Positions 51,133 to 60,029 of a stretch of DNA of 64,000 bases are shown here, one piece after another. The notes beneath the pieces are model-generated. The model made no database searches and was not told where the DNA came from. It saw only the letters and a list, made by a program, of their open reading frames with translations. The number at the start of each line of letters is the position of its first letter. Within the stretch, counting starts at the first letter, position 1. The position numbers and the translations under genes are program-made. The stretch is from a virus. The stretch spans positions 1-64,000 of the IMG/VR virus record IMGVR_UViG_3300045391_000045; one strand, written 5' to 3'.

Positions 51133-51339
51133 ATGGCTCAGATGCCTGAAGAGATGAAGAACCTTGGTGCCCTTATCGCAGTTTCCAAGATTATTGAGGT
51201 TTTTGGTAACCTCTGTGATGCTGCGGAGAAGGCCACTCCTGAGGTTAAGGCTTTCGTAAAGCCTTTCCAAGATGAGGTTGAGAAGTCAGCAGAGGCTCTT
51301 GAGGCTCTGTTTGGCAAGGGTTTTATGGACACTAAGTGA
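51133..51339 (+). CDS. hypothetical protein
   Basis: RBS CTAAGGAGAAATAAAATG. Confidence 0.45.
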   Translation: MAQMPEEMKNLGALIAVSKIIEVFGNLCDAAEKATPEVKAFVKPFQDEVEKSAEALEALFGKGFMDTK

Positions 51340-51383
51340 AATTGGGCGGGTTGTTCGTTGACCCGCCAAGCTTTGGAGGAAAC

Positions 51384-51581
51384 ATGGCTATTTACAAGTA
51401 TGAGATTACTGTGGTAGAGTCAGAGCGTGGTTGGGGCAGAGACTCATGGACTGAAGAATTTGACACCCCAGAAAAGGCTCAGGAACGAATTAACGAAATC
51501 AATTCAAAGAACAAGCCCGGTCCTGCACCAGACTATTACATGCAGGCGTACGACGAAATCCGTGCCGTTCGTAAGGATTGA
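51384..51581 (+). CDS. hypothetical protein
   Basis: hairpin-CAAGCTT-TGGAGGAAACATG. Confidence 0.45.
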   Translation: MAIYKYEITVVESERGWGRDSWTEEFDTPEKAQERINEINSKNKPGPAPDYYMQAYDEIRAVRKD

Positions 51582-51604
51582 CACAGCCACGACTAGGAGG
51601 TAGG

Positions 51605-51748
51605 ATGGCTGCAAAGTTGCCCGGACACAAGTGGCAAGTCACTGGTTCGGATAAGAAGAAGTCTGCTTTTGTGTATACCTGTCGCAAGTGCAAGTGTGTT
51701 ACACTTAGTGGTGAGCCGCTACCGGCTCCGTATGATAAGACATGCTAG
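51605..51748 (+). CDS. small Cys protein
   Basis: RBS CTAGGAGGTAGGATG. Confidence 0.4.
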   Translation: MAAKLPGHKWQVTGSDKKKSAFVYTCRKCKCVTLSGEPLPAPYDKTC

Positions 51749-51749
51749 C

Positions 51750-51779
51750 TTGACAACCAACAAGGAAGGTTGGTAGTAT
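51750..51779 (+). promoter_or_regulatory. promoter TTGACA-N18-TAGTAT, followed 8 nt later by ATG (leaderless transcript candidate)
   Basis: TAGTAT at 51774, ATG at 51787. Confidence 0.4.
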
Positions 51780-51786
51780 CTGAGAC

Positions 51787-51966
51787 ATGAGATACGAAGT
51801 GAGACCGGAAGAAACCAAAGACGGTCGGAAGGTGATAAAGCAATGGGTTATTTGGGATAACGTCGAGAACAAGGTTTTCGCGCGGTTCAGTAATCCAGAG
51901 CAGCCTACTGACATTGTTAACAAGTATCACGCTGCGCAAATGGCAGCCGAAGCAAGAGCGGAGTAA
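51787..51966 (+). CDS. hypothetical small protein, candidate leaderless mRNA
   Basis: 59 aa, no RBS. Confidence 0.35.
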   Translation: MRYEVRPEETKDGRKVIKQWVIWDNVENKVFARFSNPEQPTDIVNKYHAAQMAAEARAE

Positions 51967-51968
51967 AC

Positions 51969-52349
51969 ATGATTGAGTATAACACCACCTGTATTGTCGG
52001 TGGAAGTGAGATGCTTTGTGACCTTAAGTATGATGTTGATAGTCCTGCTGAGGTCAGCTTTACATTCCATACCCCCGACAAGTCTCCTGAGTGGGTTTTC
52101 TCAAGGGAGCTTCTTAAGGAAGCAATGTCTGACCGTGGAATGTCTGGAGAAGGTGACGTTCTTTTCTATGACCATGGTGATGCAGTCAGTATGCTTCTAA
52201 AGTCTCCGGAGGGAACTGGACTCGCCATTTTCCAGCGGGGTGTTATCAAGGAATTCGTTGAAGAAATCTACCATGAGGTAGAAGAGGACGACGACAAGTA
52301 TTTCCTTCCAGACCAGGAACTTAAGGAATGGCTGGAAGGTTTGGTTTAA
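51969..52349 (+). CDS. SsgA-like protein (SsgB-like)
   Basis: FHTPDKSPEWVFSRELLKEA...GEGDV matches conserved FHT/WVFxRxLL/GDV pattern of SsgA-like proteins. Confidence 0.5.
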   Translation: MIEYNTTCIVGGSEMLCDLKYDVDSPAEVSFTFHTPDKSPEWVFSRELLKEAMSDRGMSGEGDVLFYDHGDAVSMLLKSPEGTGLAIFQRGVIKEFVEEIYHEVEEDDDKYFLPDQELKEWLEGLV

Positions 52350-52367
52350 TAAGCTCTTGGGGGTACA

Positions 52368-52553
52368 ATGGACTCAGGAGGCAATATGAATCTGGATTTC
52401 AGCATGAACCCTGGCTTGGAAGTATGGCTAGGAATTCTTCCACCACAATGGGATGACGATGACTTTGATGATTGGGAAGAGGAAGACATGAGGGTTCAGC
52501 AAAAGAGACGAATCATTAAGATTCGCAAGTCAGATTTCAAGAGGAGTTCGTAA
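52368..52553 (+). CDS. hypothetical protein
   Basis: 61 aa. Confidence 0.4.
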   Translation: MDSGGNMNLDFSMNPGLEVWLGILPPQWDDDDFDDWEEEDMRVQQKRRIIKIRKSDFKRSS

Positions 52554-52590
52554 AGGACTCGCCCCACGAAAGTGGGGCAAGCTTCAGGGG

Positions 52591-52620
52591 TTGACAAGGG
52601 GTCCCCCTCTCATCTAAGGT
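52591..52620 (+). promoter_or_regulatory. promoter TTGACA-N18-TAAGGT
   Basis: after hairpin GCCCCAC-GAAAGT-GGGGC-AAGCTT. Confidence 0.45.
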
Positions 52621-52831
52621 GGTTCACATGCAGGTCGGAGGAATTTACAGGTTCCAGGGTGCATCTACCACGGTTCGTGTGGTAGGCTTTGAGCGTGTCG
52701 GATGGTTTCGCCGGTACGTCAAGTTCGTAACGCTGCATAATGGTCAGGTTTGTGGTCCGACACGTGAAGTTCTCGTAAGCTACGCAAAGAACAACTGGGA
52801 ACCGGTTGACGTAGACCACTCGGTAGTGTAA
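52619..52831 (+). CDS. small KOW/SH3-like protein
   Basis: 70 aa. Confidence 0.45.
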   Translation: MVHMQVGGIYRFQGASTTVRVVGFERVGWFRRYVKFVTLHNGQVCGPTREVLVSYAKNNWEPVDVDHSVV

Positions 52832-52869
52832 GGTAGTCATCATAACGACAAGCCAAGGAGGCTAACACA

Positions 52870-53220
52870 ATGAAGGTTTCGACTCGTGTCTCTCGCAAGG
52901 GCGGTATCTCCATCAAGAAGCTGGGGCGTCAGTCTCAGTCTCACAAGGCTGGCACGGTTGTCATGCGTAAGGTTCGCTTCAACGGCTCCATCCTGGGTGA
53001 CCTGGTTGAGGAGTCTCAGAACCGCTACGTGCCTCGTGTGAAGTCTTCTGTCACCTTCACGTCCGATGGTGAGCTGAACATCGTTCAGGGTATCATGGAC
53101 TGGGGTCAGGCTCGTTACATCAAGTCTCTTGGTGGTTACTACAACATCAAGAACGGTCAGCGTGTTGAGTCTGCGGAGTACGTCTACATCGTTGGTGACA
53201 AGATTTTCTACACCAACTGA
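52870..53220 (+). CDS. hypothetical protein
   Basis: RBS CAAGGAGGCTAACACAATG. Confidence 0.5.
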   Translation: MKVSTRVSRKGGISIKKLGRQSQSHKAGTVVMRKVRFNGSILGDLVEESQNRYVPRVKSSVTFTSDGELNIVQGIMDWGQARYIKSLGGYYNIKNGQRVESAEYVYIVGDKIFYTN

Positions 53221-53279
53221 TTGACACGCACCACCCAAGTCCTGTAAGGTATGACTACCGACAACGAAGGAGAAGGAAA

Positions 53280-53855
53280 ATGGCAACTGAGCGTGAGTAC
53301 CTGGTAACCCTTGGTCTGGCCAAGGCTGGTCGTGGCCGATTTTCGGCGGAAGCTAAGGCGGCCCTGGCAAAGGCTAAGTCTGAGGGAATGACGTTCGACA
53401 TGACTGCTGCTGAGGTTGCGAAGGCAGAGCGTCAGAACAAGCCTCAGAAGGTTCGTAAGACTGTCCAGGCTGTGAAGGAGGTTCGCCCCTCTCAGGATGC
53501 CTACGACGCCAAGTCTGTGCGTTCCTGGGGTGAGCAGGTGGGTATGATTGAGCGTGGCAAGCGTGGTAAGCTTCCTACGGCTCTCATCAACGCTTACCTT
53601 GCAGCGAACAAGACTGAGAAGAAGGTGACCGTTCGTCGGTCCGTTGGTAAGATTGACAAGGTTCGTGACGTTGCAGTAGGCTTCACTTACGCTCGTCGTG
53701 GTCCGAAGGACCCTGCCTTTATCTCTGAGCCGCTGGTGGCTGTTCAGTCTTGCGGTTCCTGCTCTAAGGGTGTAGCGTACTGCAAGTGCCAGAGTGGTCC
53801 CGTCGCCCCGAAGTACCTTGGTGGTGAGGTTCTGCTTCTGACTCGTCCGGAGTAA
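53280..53855 (+). CDS. lsr2: Lsr2-like nucleoid-associated DNA-binding protein
   Basis: C-terminal SVRSWGEQVGMIERGKRGKLPTALINAYLAA resembles Lsr2 DNA-binding domain (RGR AT-hook-like). Confidence 0.55.
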   Translation: MATEREYLVTLGLAKAGRGRFSAEAKAALAKAKSEGMTFDMTAAEVAKAERQNKPQKVRKTVQAVKEVRPSQDAYDAKSVRSWGEQVGMIERGKRGKLPTALINAYLAANKTEKKVTVRRSVGKIDKVRDVAVGFTYARRGPKDPAFISEPLVAVQSCGSCSKGVAYCKCQSGPVAPKYLGGEVLLLTRPE

Positions 53856-53950
53856 AAGTTCCCCGGCTGGGGAGTTGACACAAGACTCCCCAGCCTGATA
53901 GTCTTAGTACATCAAGGCAAGACAAACAAACTCTAAGGAGAATACAGAAA

Positions 53951-54973
53951 ATGCCCGCTGGTATCGAGACCTACAAGGAAATGGCCGCGTTCGCTTCTCT
54001 CCGTCAGCCTGCCTGGCACGACCTGGGAACCGTTTTCGATAAGCCTGTCTCTACCGCTGAGATGCTTGAGCTTGCTCACATGGCCGGATGGAACCTCCGC
54101 TTTGAGGACGCTTCCGACTGGATGCCCGGATTCACTTTCGTGGATGAGACGCTTCACGTGGTCCGCGATAACCCGTTCATTCCTGGTCAGAAGGATGTTC
54201 TCGGAACTGTTGGTGGTCGGTATAACATCTTCTCGAATGAGCAGATTTTCGACTTTGCCGACACTCTGACGGATGGTCGTCGTCGGTGGGAAACGGCCGG
54301 TAGCATTAAGAACGGCCAGAAGGTTTTCGCAACGCTTGTTGCAACCGATGACCTGGTTCTTGACCCGAATGGCTCTGGTGATGTTATTCGCCGGTACATC
54401 ATGCTGGTTTCGTCTCACGACGGTTCCACCACCATGATTGTTAAGATGGTGAATACGCGAGTGGTTTGCCAGAACACGCTCAACATCGCTCTTGGCGAGA
54501 AGGGTGCAGAATTCAAGATTCGCCACACTCAGGGAATGGAAACCAAGATTCAGGATGCAAAGAAGGCTCTTGGACTTGCTACCATCTACGATGAGGTTTT
54601 TGAAAAGGAAATGCAGGCGCTCTTTGAGGCTGAGATGACTCTCACTCAGTTTGAGAAGATTGTCATGGATGTTTTCCCTGAGCCGGAAGAGGACGTTCGC
54701 GGAAGTCAGAAGAAGTGGGATGACAAGATGGACACCATTCTGAACATGTGGCAGAATTCCACTGGTTCGGTTGAGAATCTTCCGAACAACGCTTACAAGG
54801 GCCTTCAGGTCCTTACCGAGCACAACCAGTGGTTCCGTGGAATTCGTAAGGACAAGACTGGTAACCCGAACACTGAGAACTTCCTCGCTGCGGGTGGCGG
54901 TTTCGACCTTAAGACGAATGAGTTCCGGACTGACATGTTCCTTCGAATGAAGGAATTCGCTCTCTCCGCGTAA
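53951..54973 (+). CDS. conserved phage protein (DUF932-like?)
   Basis: 340 aa, RBS CTAAGGAGAATACAGAAAATG. Confidence 0.55.
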   Translation: MPAGIETYKEMAAFASLRQPAWHDLGTVFDKPVSTAEMLELAHMAGWNLRFEDASDWMPGFTFVDETLHVVRDNPFIPGQKDVLGTVGGRYNIFSNEQIFDFADTLTDGRRRWETAGSIKNGQKVFATLVATDDLVLDPNGSGDVIRRYIMLVSSHDGSTTMIVKMVNTRVVCQNTLNIALGEKGAEFKIRHTQGMETKIQDAKKALGLATIYDEVFEKEMQALFEAEMTLTQFEKIVMDVFPEPEEDVRGSQKKWDDKMDTILNMWQNSTGSVENLPNNAYKGLQVLTEHNQWFRGIRKDKTGNPNTENFLAAGGGFDLKTNEFRTDMFLRMKEFALSA

Positions 54974-54979
54974 TACCTA

Positions 54980-55005
54980 GCGGCCCCTTCGGGGGCCGCA
55001 AGCTT
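54980..55005 (+). promoter_or_regulatory. conserved intergenic element: GC hairpin + CAAGCTT (representative copy)
   Basis: GCGGCCCCTTCGGGGGCCGC-AAGCTT. Confidence 0.5.
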
Positions 55006-55026
55006 TTTCCTAGGAAGGGAAAATAA

Positions 55027-55224
55027 ATGAATGAATTCGGCTGGTCGCTTATCGGTTCTGCTGTAGTTGGTGGCGGAATTACTATGGTTGCCAACGGTCA
55101 TTTTGGTCAGCACTGGAATTTTCTGATTGTATCTGCTATAGTATTTGTTATCTACTGGCTGGTGCGTCTTGGTTTCGGTGATGATATAGACTTTGACCTT
55201 AGTGACGTTAACCCGTTTGATTAA
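55027..55224 (+). CDS. small membrane protein
   Basis: 65 aa. Confidence 0.4.
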   Translation: MNEFGWSLIGSAVVGGGITMVANGHFGQHWNFLIVSAIVFVIYWLVRLGFGDDIDFDLSDVNPFD

Positions 55225-55264
55225 GAAAGACCGGGGTTTCGGCCCCAAGCTGCAAGGAGGAAAT

Positions 55265-55603
55265 ATGGAAATGCTAAACGTATCCAAAACATTGGGTACG
55301 AAGGTGGTAGATGGTCGAGTATATTTCGACCTAGAACAATTGCTGTCCATTATGTATGATTCATGTAATGAGATGGCTGTCCTTGCTACCGAAACAAGGG
55401 ACCCTGTACTGGGGACCATGAACCTAGGCGTAGCGAACATGTGCAAGGCTCTGGACGCCGTTCTAAGCCTCAAGAAGGAGGCTCACGGTATCTGGGATGA
55501 CCCTCGCCCCTGTGGCTCGTCTAAGCCTCATACAGAGCATCTACGCTCGGTAGGAAGCAAGATGGTTCGGTGTCCTGGGGTTGCTAAGCCAGAGGAAACC
55601 TGA
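55265..55603 (+). CDS. hypothetical protein
   Basis: hairpin-CAAGCTG-CAAGGAGGAAATATG. Confidence 0.45.
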   Translation: MEMLNVSKTLGTKVVDGRVYFDLEQLLSIMYDSCNEMAVLATETRDPVLGTMNLGVANMCKALDAVLSLKKEAHGIWDDPRPCGSSKPHTEHLRSVGSKMVRCPGVAKPEET

Positions 55604-55883
55604 TAAACTAAATACATGTTCGTTAGGTGATAGGACACCTTTTCTCTCAAAGGATTCCGGTACCTCTATCAGTCTAGTCAGGCGAGAGGCTAAGTAACAA
55701 GTCGGCTGTTATGCCGGAATCCATTCACTTTGGTATATGGTAATGTAAACTACTATGAATGGAGAAGAAAGATGCCCAACGTTTTTGATTACGATGACGA
55801 GTCCAACGACGTTCGCATTGAGGCGGATTCTCCGGAGGACAGCATTTACATTCGTGATGGACTTATCGATTTCTAGGAGTTAA

Positions 55884-56144
55884 TTGATGACCGGACTTGA
55901 GAATACCAGTGATGCCGTAATTATTCAGCTTATTAGTAATCTTAAGTCCGGCATCCTTAAGGTTGCAGAAATGGGAGATGAGGCTTACAAGTCTCGTGGA
56001 CCCAAGGAAAACCCCCCGATTTCAGCAGTTGAAGTTAACATGAGTTTGATTGGCGCGTTTGAGCCTGAGTGCAAGAGGCGTGGAATTGATGTTGATGCAA
56101 TTGAGCCTGATATCCGGGAGATTAGTATTGTATGGACTTACTAA
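55884..56144 (+). CDS. hypothetical protein
   Basis: 86 aa. Confidence 0.45.
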   Translation: MMTGLENTSDAVIIQLISNLKSGILKVAEMGDEAYKSRGPKENPPISAVEVNMSLIGAFEPECKRRGIDVDAIEPDIREISIVWTY

Positions 56145-56159
56145 GAAAAGGAAAAAACA

Positions 56160-56369
56160 TTGGCAATTGTACGTATCAGCACTATTCTGAAGAATGCTCC
56201 GTCTGTTGGTATCCAGTCTTGTATCTATGGTGTCGAGTGTGAAACCATTGAGGCTAATGACCCGGCCGGAATTGTCTTTGAACTAATGGGAAGCCGAGAG
56301 AAGATTGCCAACGTTGTTGGCCGCACTGGTTCCCGCATTCTTAGTGTTGCTGAGCCTGTAGGTAAGTGA
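56160..56369 (+). CDS. hypothetical protein (TTG start)
   Basis: 69 aa. Confidence 0.35.
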   Translation: MAIVRISTILKNAPSVGIQSCIYGVECETIEANDPAGIVFELMGSREKIANVVGRTGSRILSVAEPVGK

Positions 56370-56371
56370 GA

Positions 56372-56402
56372 CTGCCCCGTCAGAAATGGCGGGGTTTTCT
56401 TG
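56372..56402 (+). terminator. rho-independent terminator
   Basis: GCCCCGTCAGAAATGGCGGGG then TTTTCTT. Confidence 0.65.
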
Positions 56403-56415
56403 TCTCACTGGTAGG

Positions 56416-56445
56416 TTGACAGACCTACCAAGCTTGCTGTAGAGT
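56416..56445 (+). promoter_or_regulatory. promoter TTGACA-N18-TAGAGT (contains CAAGCTT)
   Basis: TTGACAGACCTACCAAGCTTGCTGTAGAGT. Confidence 0.45.
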
Positions 56446-56472
56446 TCTTCTCAGAACGAAGGGAGACATAGA

Positions 56473-57153
56473 GTGTCCAAGGCAACGTATCCTCTGGGTA
56501 AGCTGATGAAGCGTGACAAGGGTGTCTGCTGGCTTTGTAGGAAGCTTGTAGACCGTGACCATGCTACGCGTGACCACGTGATTCCGTACTCGCATGGCGG
56601 ACCGAATCATGAGGCCAACCTTAAGCTTGCTCATCGTAAGTGCAACGAGAAGCGTGAGAACAAGGTCTTGATTTCTAAGGCTGAAAAGCTTACAATTCTC
56701 CTGAAGGTACAGAGCCACATGTGCTTTAGGTGTGTAAAGCCTTTGCACAGTGATGATGCAATGATTTCTCAGGACTGCCCGCGTGGCTCTCTTCGTGAAA
56801 TCAAGATTGCAATTTGTAAGTCGGGATGCGAAAAGAACTATGGCATTCCCTTCCAGCAGCGTCGGAAGTTGAATGAGGTTCGCATCGCTAAGCGAATTGA
56901 GTCGAGAAAGAATAGGATTCCAATGGAAATGGTTGTTGCTGATTCTCTTTCTGCTGACCAGCTTGAGTCTGGCGATTACGTCAGGTTTTTCGCTGAGAAT
57001 GCTCTTCGGTTCGGAATTGTCCGGGATGTAGTGGACAATGACGAATTCTTTACCATCACCCTTGAAGATGACGTTGAGGGAGATGTTGAAGAGTACGCGG
57101 TTGACCCTGAAACCGTGTTTTCTCTTCTTGTTCATGAGGCTGTTGCAGTCTAA
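56473..57153 (+). CDS. HNH endonuclease (GTG start)
   Basis: CWLCRK...DHVIPYSHGGPNHEANLKLAHRKCN. Confidence 0.6.
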   Translation: MSKATYPLGKLMKRDKGVCWLCRKLVDRDHATRDHVIPYSHGGPNHEANLKLAHRKCNEKRENKVLISKAEKLTILLKVQSHMCFRCVKPLHSDDAMISQDCPRGSLREIKIAICKSGCEKNYGIPFQQRRKLNEVRIAKRIESRKNRIPMEMVVADSLSADQLESGDYVRFFAENALRFGIVRDVVDNDEFFTITLEDDVEGDVEEYAVDPETVFSLLVHEAVAV

Positions 57154-57166
57154 TTGAACGGGCGGG

Positions 57167-57196
57167 TTGACAAAACTCGCCCAAGCTTGCTAGTCT
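57167..57196 (+). promoter_or_regulatory. promoter TTGACA-N18-TAGTCT (contains CAAGCTT)
   Basis: GGGTTGACAAAACTCGCCCAAGCTTGCTAGTCT. Confidence 0.45.
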
Positions 57197-57239
57197 TCTT
57201 ACATAAGCCCAATGAAGGGAGAATTGTAAGGAGAAGACT

Positions 57240-57626
57240 ATGCGTAAGAATTGGATTATAGGTGGCTCACTAGCCATCCTAACAGCACTAGCCGTGCTGA
57301 TGGTACTATTGCTGAGTGGCGACAGTCACCACAGTAAGTTTGACAATTACGAAAGGTATGCAAAGCAGGTAAACGTTGTTGATTGGTCAATCAGCGAAGA
57401 TACTGCTAAGCAGTTTGCTGAGGCCAATTGCGATAAGCTCGCAGTAGGCGAAATGCCAGCAATTAAGTTTAGAAGCACTGACCATGTAAAGTCTAGTGCT
57501 GCTGTTCTAGCAGCCTATTGCCCAAACTCGCTTGACAATTTTGAGGCGGGTATTATTATGAAGTATCCAGAATACAAGAGTACAGCTCTCTACCTAAACG
57601 AAAGGCTTAAGGTTGATTCTCATTGA
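57240..57626 (+). CDS. secreted/membrane-anchored protein
   Basis: N-terminal signal/TM segment. Confidence 0.45.
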   Translation: MRKNWIIGGSLAILTALAVLMVLLLSGDSHHSKFDNYERYAKQVNVVDWSISEDTAKQFAEANCDKLAVGEMPAIKFRSTDHVKSSAAVLAAYCPNSLDNFEAGIIMKYPEYKSTALYLNERLKVDSH

Positions 57627-57882
57627 GACTCTTGTCAAGGCAGTCTGTTACGGACTTGCGGCGGCTGCTGGTGTTGTGGTAGGGTTCTACCTGTTCATGT
57701 TTATGGCAACTCACGGATGGCTGGGATGAAGAAGAATAAGATAAAGGACCCTTGGGAAGAATTCTTTGAAGAACTAGTAGGTCCATTCGTAATTGGTGGT
57801 GCCCTAGCTGCTCTTGCAATCTTTGTTCTTCCTCTGATAGGAATTGGAATCGGTATTGGCTACTGGATTTGGGGATAAGAGA

Positions 57883-58098
57883 ATGACTGACTATCGTGTT
57901 ACCGAAAGTCGTCACATGACTGCTCGTGTGGTCATTGGCTGCATTACTGCTATGCTCGTTCTGGTTGCGCTGATTGGTGGCATCACGTACACTGCTCATC
58001 AGAACAACGAGAAGGCGCAGAAGTTTGGCGTAGAGTGTATGAAGCATGGCGGAGAGTGGCGAGAGCGCAACAATGGTGAAGCGTACTGCGATAACTGA
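57883..58098 (+). CDS. membrane protein
   Basis: RBS GGGGATAAGAGAATG. Confidence 0.4.
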   Translation: MTDYRVTESRHMTARVVIGCITAMLVLVALIGGITYTAHQNNEKAQKFGVECMKHGGEWRERNNGEAYCDN

Positions 58099-58162
58099 GC
58101 AGTACGAGGGGGGTTGACTCTGACCCCCAAGCTTTGGTAAGGTTGTCCCACAACGAAGGGAG

Positions 58163-58579
58163 ATGGACATGGAGTCCACGGAAGGTTACAAGCTAGCTCT
58201 GTCTAAGCACGCAAGGGAACAGCTCATTAAGAAGACTGGTACCATGGGTATCACGCGTGCTGAGCAGGCATTTGAGACCCCGGATAAGATTTATCCGAAC
58301 AAGAAGTATCAGGGTCAGTTCCGGATTGTTGGTAAGGGTCTTTGCCTTATCGGACGTCCTACTGCAAATGGTCTTTTCAGGGTCTTTACGGTTTATGAGG
58401 ATGGGGTTATGACTCCGCCGCGCCCCGACCAGCTTGGCACTCCTGAGGGAGACGCTTATGCTGAGCTTTATCGTAAGGCTCAGCAGACCGGAAAGGTTGC
58501 GCGAAACAACGAGTATTACCCTCGCGCTAAGAAGCGGCGTCAGGCTCCCCGTGACGTACGTCACACTTACATTCGATAA
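58163..58579 (+). CDS. hypothetical protein
   Basis: RBS GAAGGGAGATGGACATG. Confidence 0.5.
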   Translation: MDMESTEGYKLALSKHAREQLIKKTGTMGITRAEQAFETPDKIYPNKKYQGQFRIVGKGLCLIGRPTANGLFRVFTVYEDGVMTPPRPDQLGTPEGDAYAELYRKAQQTGKVARNNEYYPRAKKRRQAPRDVRHTYIR

Positions 58580-58657
58580 TTGAATATGTGATACCCTAGT
58601 GAAATCCGCCGCCCTCAATTCCGGGGGCGGCGCGTAATAAACTTAGGAGATTTAAAT

Positions 58658-59125
58658 ATGTATAAGAAGACTGCGGTAATCGGAACGCTTCTTGCTTCAT
58701 CTATTGTAATGGCTATTCCGGCAAATGCCGAAGCTGCTACGATTCAGGATAAGGCAGCAAGTGTAGCTAAGGCCCAAATTGGTGACCCTTACAAGTGGGG
58801 AGCCAAGGGACCGAATGCATTCGATTGCTCCGGACTTGCCTGGTACTCATTCTATAAGGCTGGAAAGAATTGGAGTTACAAGCCTACAAATAGCATGAGG
58901 AAGTATCAGACGAATGACATTACGGTAAGTCAGCGAAAGGTTGGAGACCTTATCTTCTTCCGTCGTAAGGGTTCGTCTGATTGGAGCCATGTTGGAATCT
59001 ACGTTGGTAGTGGATACATGGTTAATGCGGTAAATGGTAACACGTACAAGGGTGTTCGCAAGGGTAAGGTAGTTGATGGATACTGGAACAAGTATTACGT
59101 CGCTGACTACCGCCGCGTAAAGTAA
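58658..59125 (+). CDS. NlpC/P60-family cell-wall peptidase with signal peptide
   Basis: signal peptide, catalytic DCSGL...H...H pattern. Confidence 0.6.
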   Translation: MYKKTAVIGTLLASSIVMAIPANAEAATIQDKAASVAKAQIGDPYKWGAKGPNAFDCSGLAWYSFYKAGKNWSYKPTNSMRKYQTNDITVSQRKVGDLIFFRRKGSSDWSHVGIYVGSGYMVNAVNGNTYKGVRKGKVVDGYWNKYYVADYRRVK

Positions 59126-59198
59126 GACCTGAAAATCAGAAATACGCGGGGTGTTTTCCCTTGACACCCCGCAAGCTTGTAACACAAAAAGGAGAAGC

Positions 59199-59348
59199 AT
59201 GACTTTCACTGGTATTGTTTTCTTTGTGCTGGCATTCATCTGTGGTCTCTTCTCTATGGAGACTGAATGGCTAGCTAATGTTGCAGTGTTTTTCTTCGGT
59301 TGGTCTGTCGCGTTCATCATGCTTGGCATGGTACCCAAGAGGGGTTGA
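59199..59348 (+). CDS. small membrane protein
   Basis: RBS AAAAAGGAGAAGCATG. Confidence 0.4.
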   Translation: MTFTGIVFFVLAFICGLFSMETEWLANVAVFFFGWSVAFIMLGMVPKRG

Positions 59349-59373
59349 CACAGACCTCAGAGCAAGGTAAGTT
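59345..59373 (+). promoter_or_regulatory. promoter TTGACA-N17-TAAGTT
   Basis: GGGGTTGACACAGACCTCAGAGCAAGGTAAGTT. Confidence 0.4.
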
Positions 59374-59425
59374 AGTTCCTGTCAGAGCGGGTCACCCGCA
59401 TCGAACATAGAAGGAGAAACAACAA

Positions 59426-59737
59426 ATGCCCAAGCTCCGTGCGAAGAACGACCGTAGCGGTATCGCTGACCTTGGTGCTCACCACTCGTACAAGGCTCCG
59501 CGCATTCCCAACCCTCGCGTTTCCACTGAGGACTTCTGCGCTGACCACCACAGGCTTCAGGTGGCTCTTAGCCACAACCAGGTCACCGTGCGTCTTGCAG
59601 GAAAGGCCCTTGTTCGTCGTCAGAACACTGAGAACATCGAAAAGCTGAAGGCTGCTAAGGCGAACGTGCAGGTAACGAAGGAAATGATTTTCGAGCACAT
59701 CACGAATTGTGGTCAGTGTTCTTCGATTTCCGTCTGA
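59426..59737 (+). CDS. hypothetical protein
   Basis: RBS GAAGGAGAAACAACAAATG. Confidence 0.5.
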   Translation: MPKLRAKNDRSGIADLGAHHSYKAPRIPNPRVSTEDFCADHHRLQVALSHNQVTVRLAGKALVRRQNTENIEKLKAAKANVQVTKEMIFEHITNCGQCSSISV

Positions 59738-59785
59738 GAAACCAGGCCCGAAAGGGCCAAGCTTCCACAACAAAAGGAGATTGCA

Positions 59786-59974
59786 ATGGATGACGACGGC
59801 TTCCTCATTATCTTTTTCACCATGGTTTTTGCCGTGTTCATCATAATAATGGTAGCCTTTGCTGTCCATTCAGATGATAGTGGTGACCAGAAGCGTGAGG
59901 ATAAGCGATACGAAAAGTGTATCGACAAGGGAATGCAGTGGGTTGACGGAAACTGCATTGGTTCTGCAAAGTAA
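59786..59974 (+). CDS. small membrane protein
   Basis: hairpin-CAAGCTT-AAAAGGAG upstream. Confidence 0.4.
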   Translation: MDDDGFLIIFFTMVFAVFIIIMVAFAVHSDDSGDQKREDKRYEKCIDKGMQWVDGNCIGSAK

Positions 59975-60029
59975 TACCGGGCGGGACTTTGGTCCCGCTA
60001 AGCTTCCCATAAATCTAAGGAGAGATAAA

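Noticed and set aside
53933-55473. Minus-strand ORFs 53933-54823 and 54805-55473
   Set aside because: Antisense to strongly supported + strand genes with RBS and the hairpin-AAGCTT element
56425-57135. 236 aa minus-strand ORF
   Set aside because: Antisense to the HNH endonuclease gene with clear HNH motif
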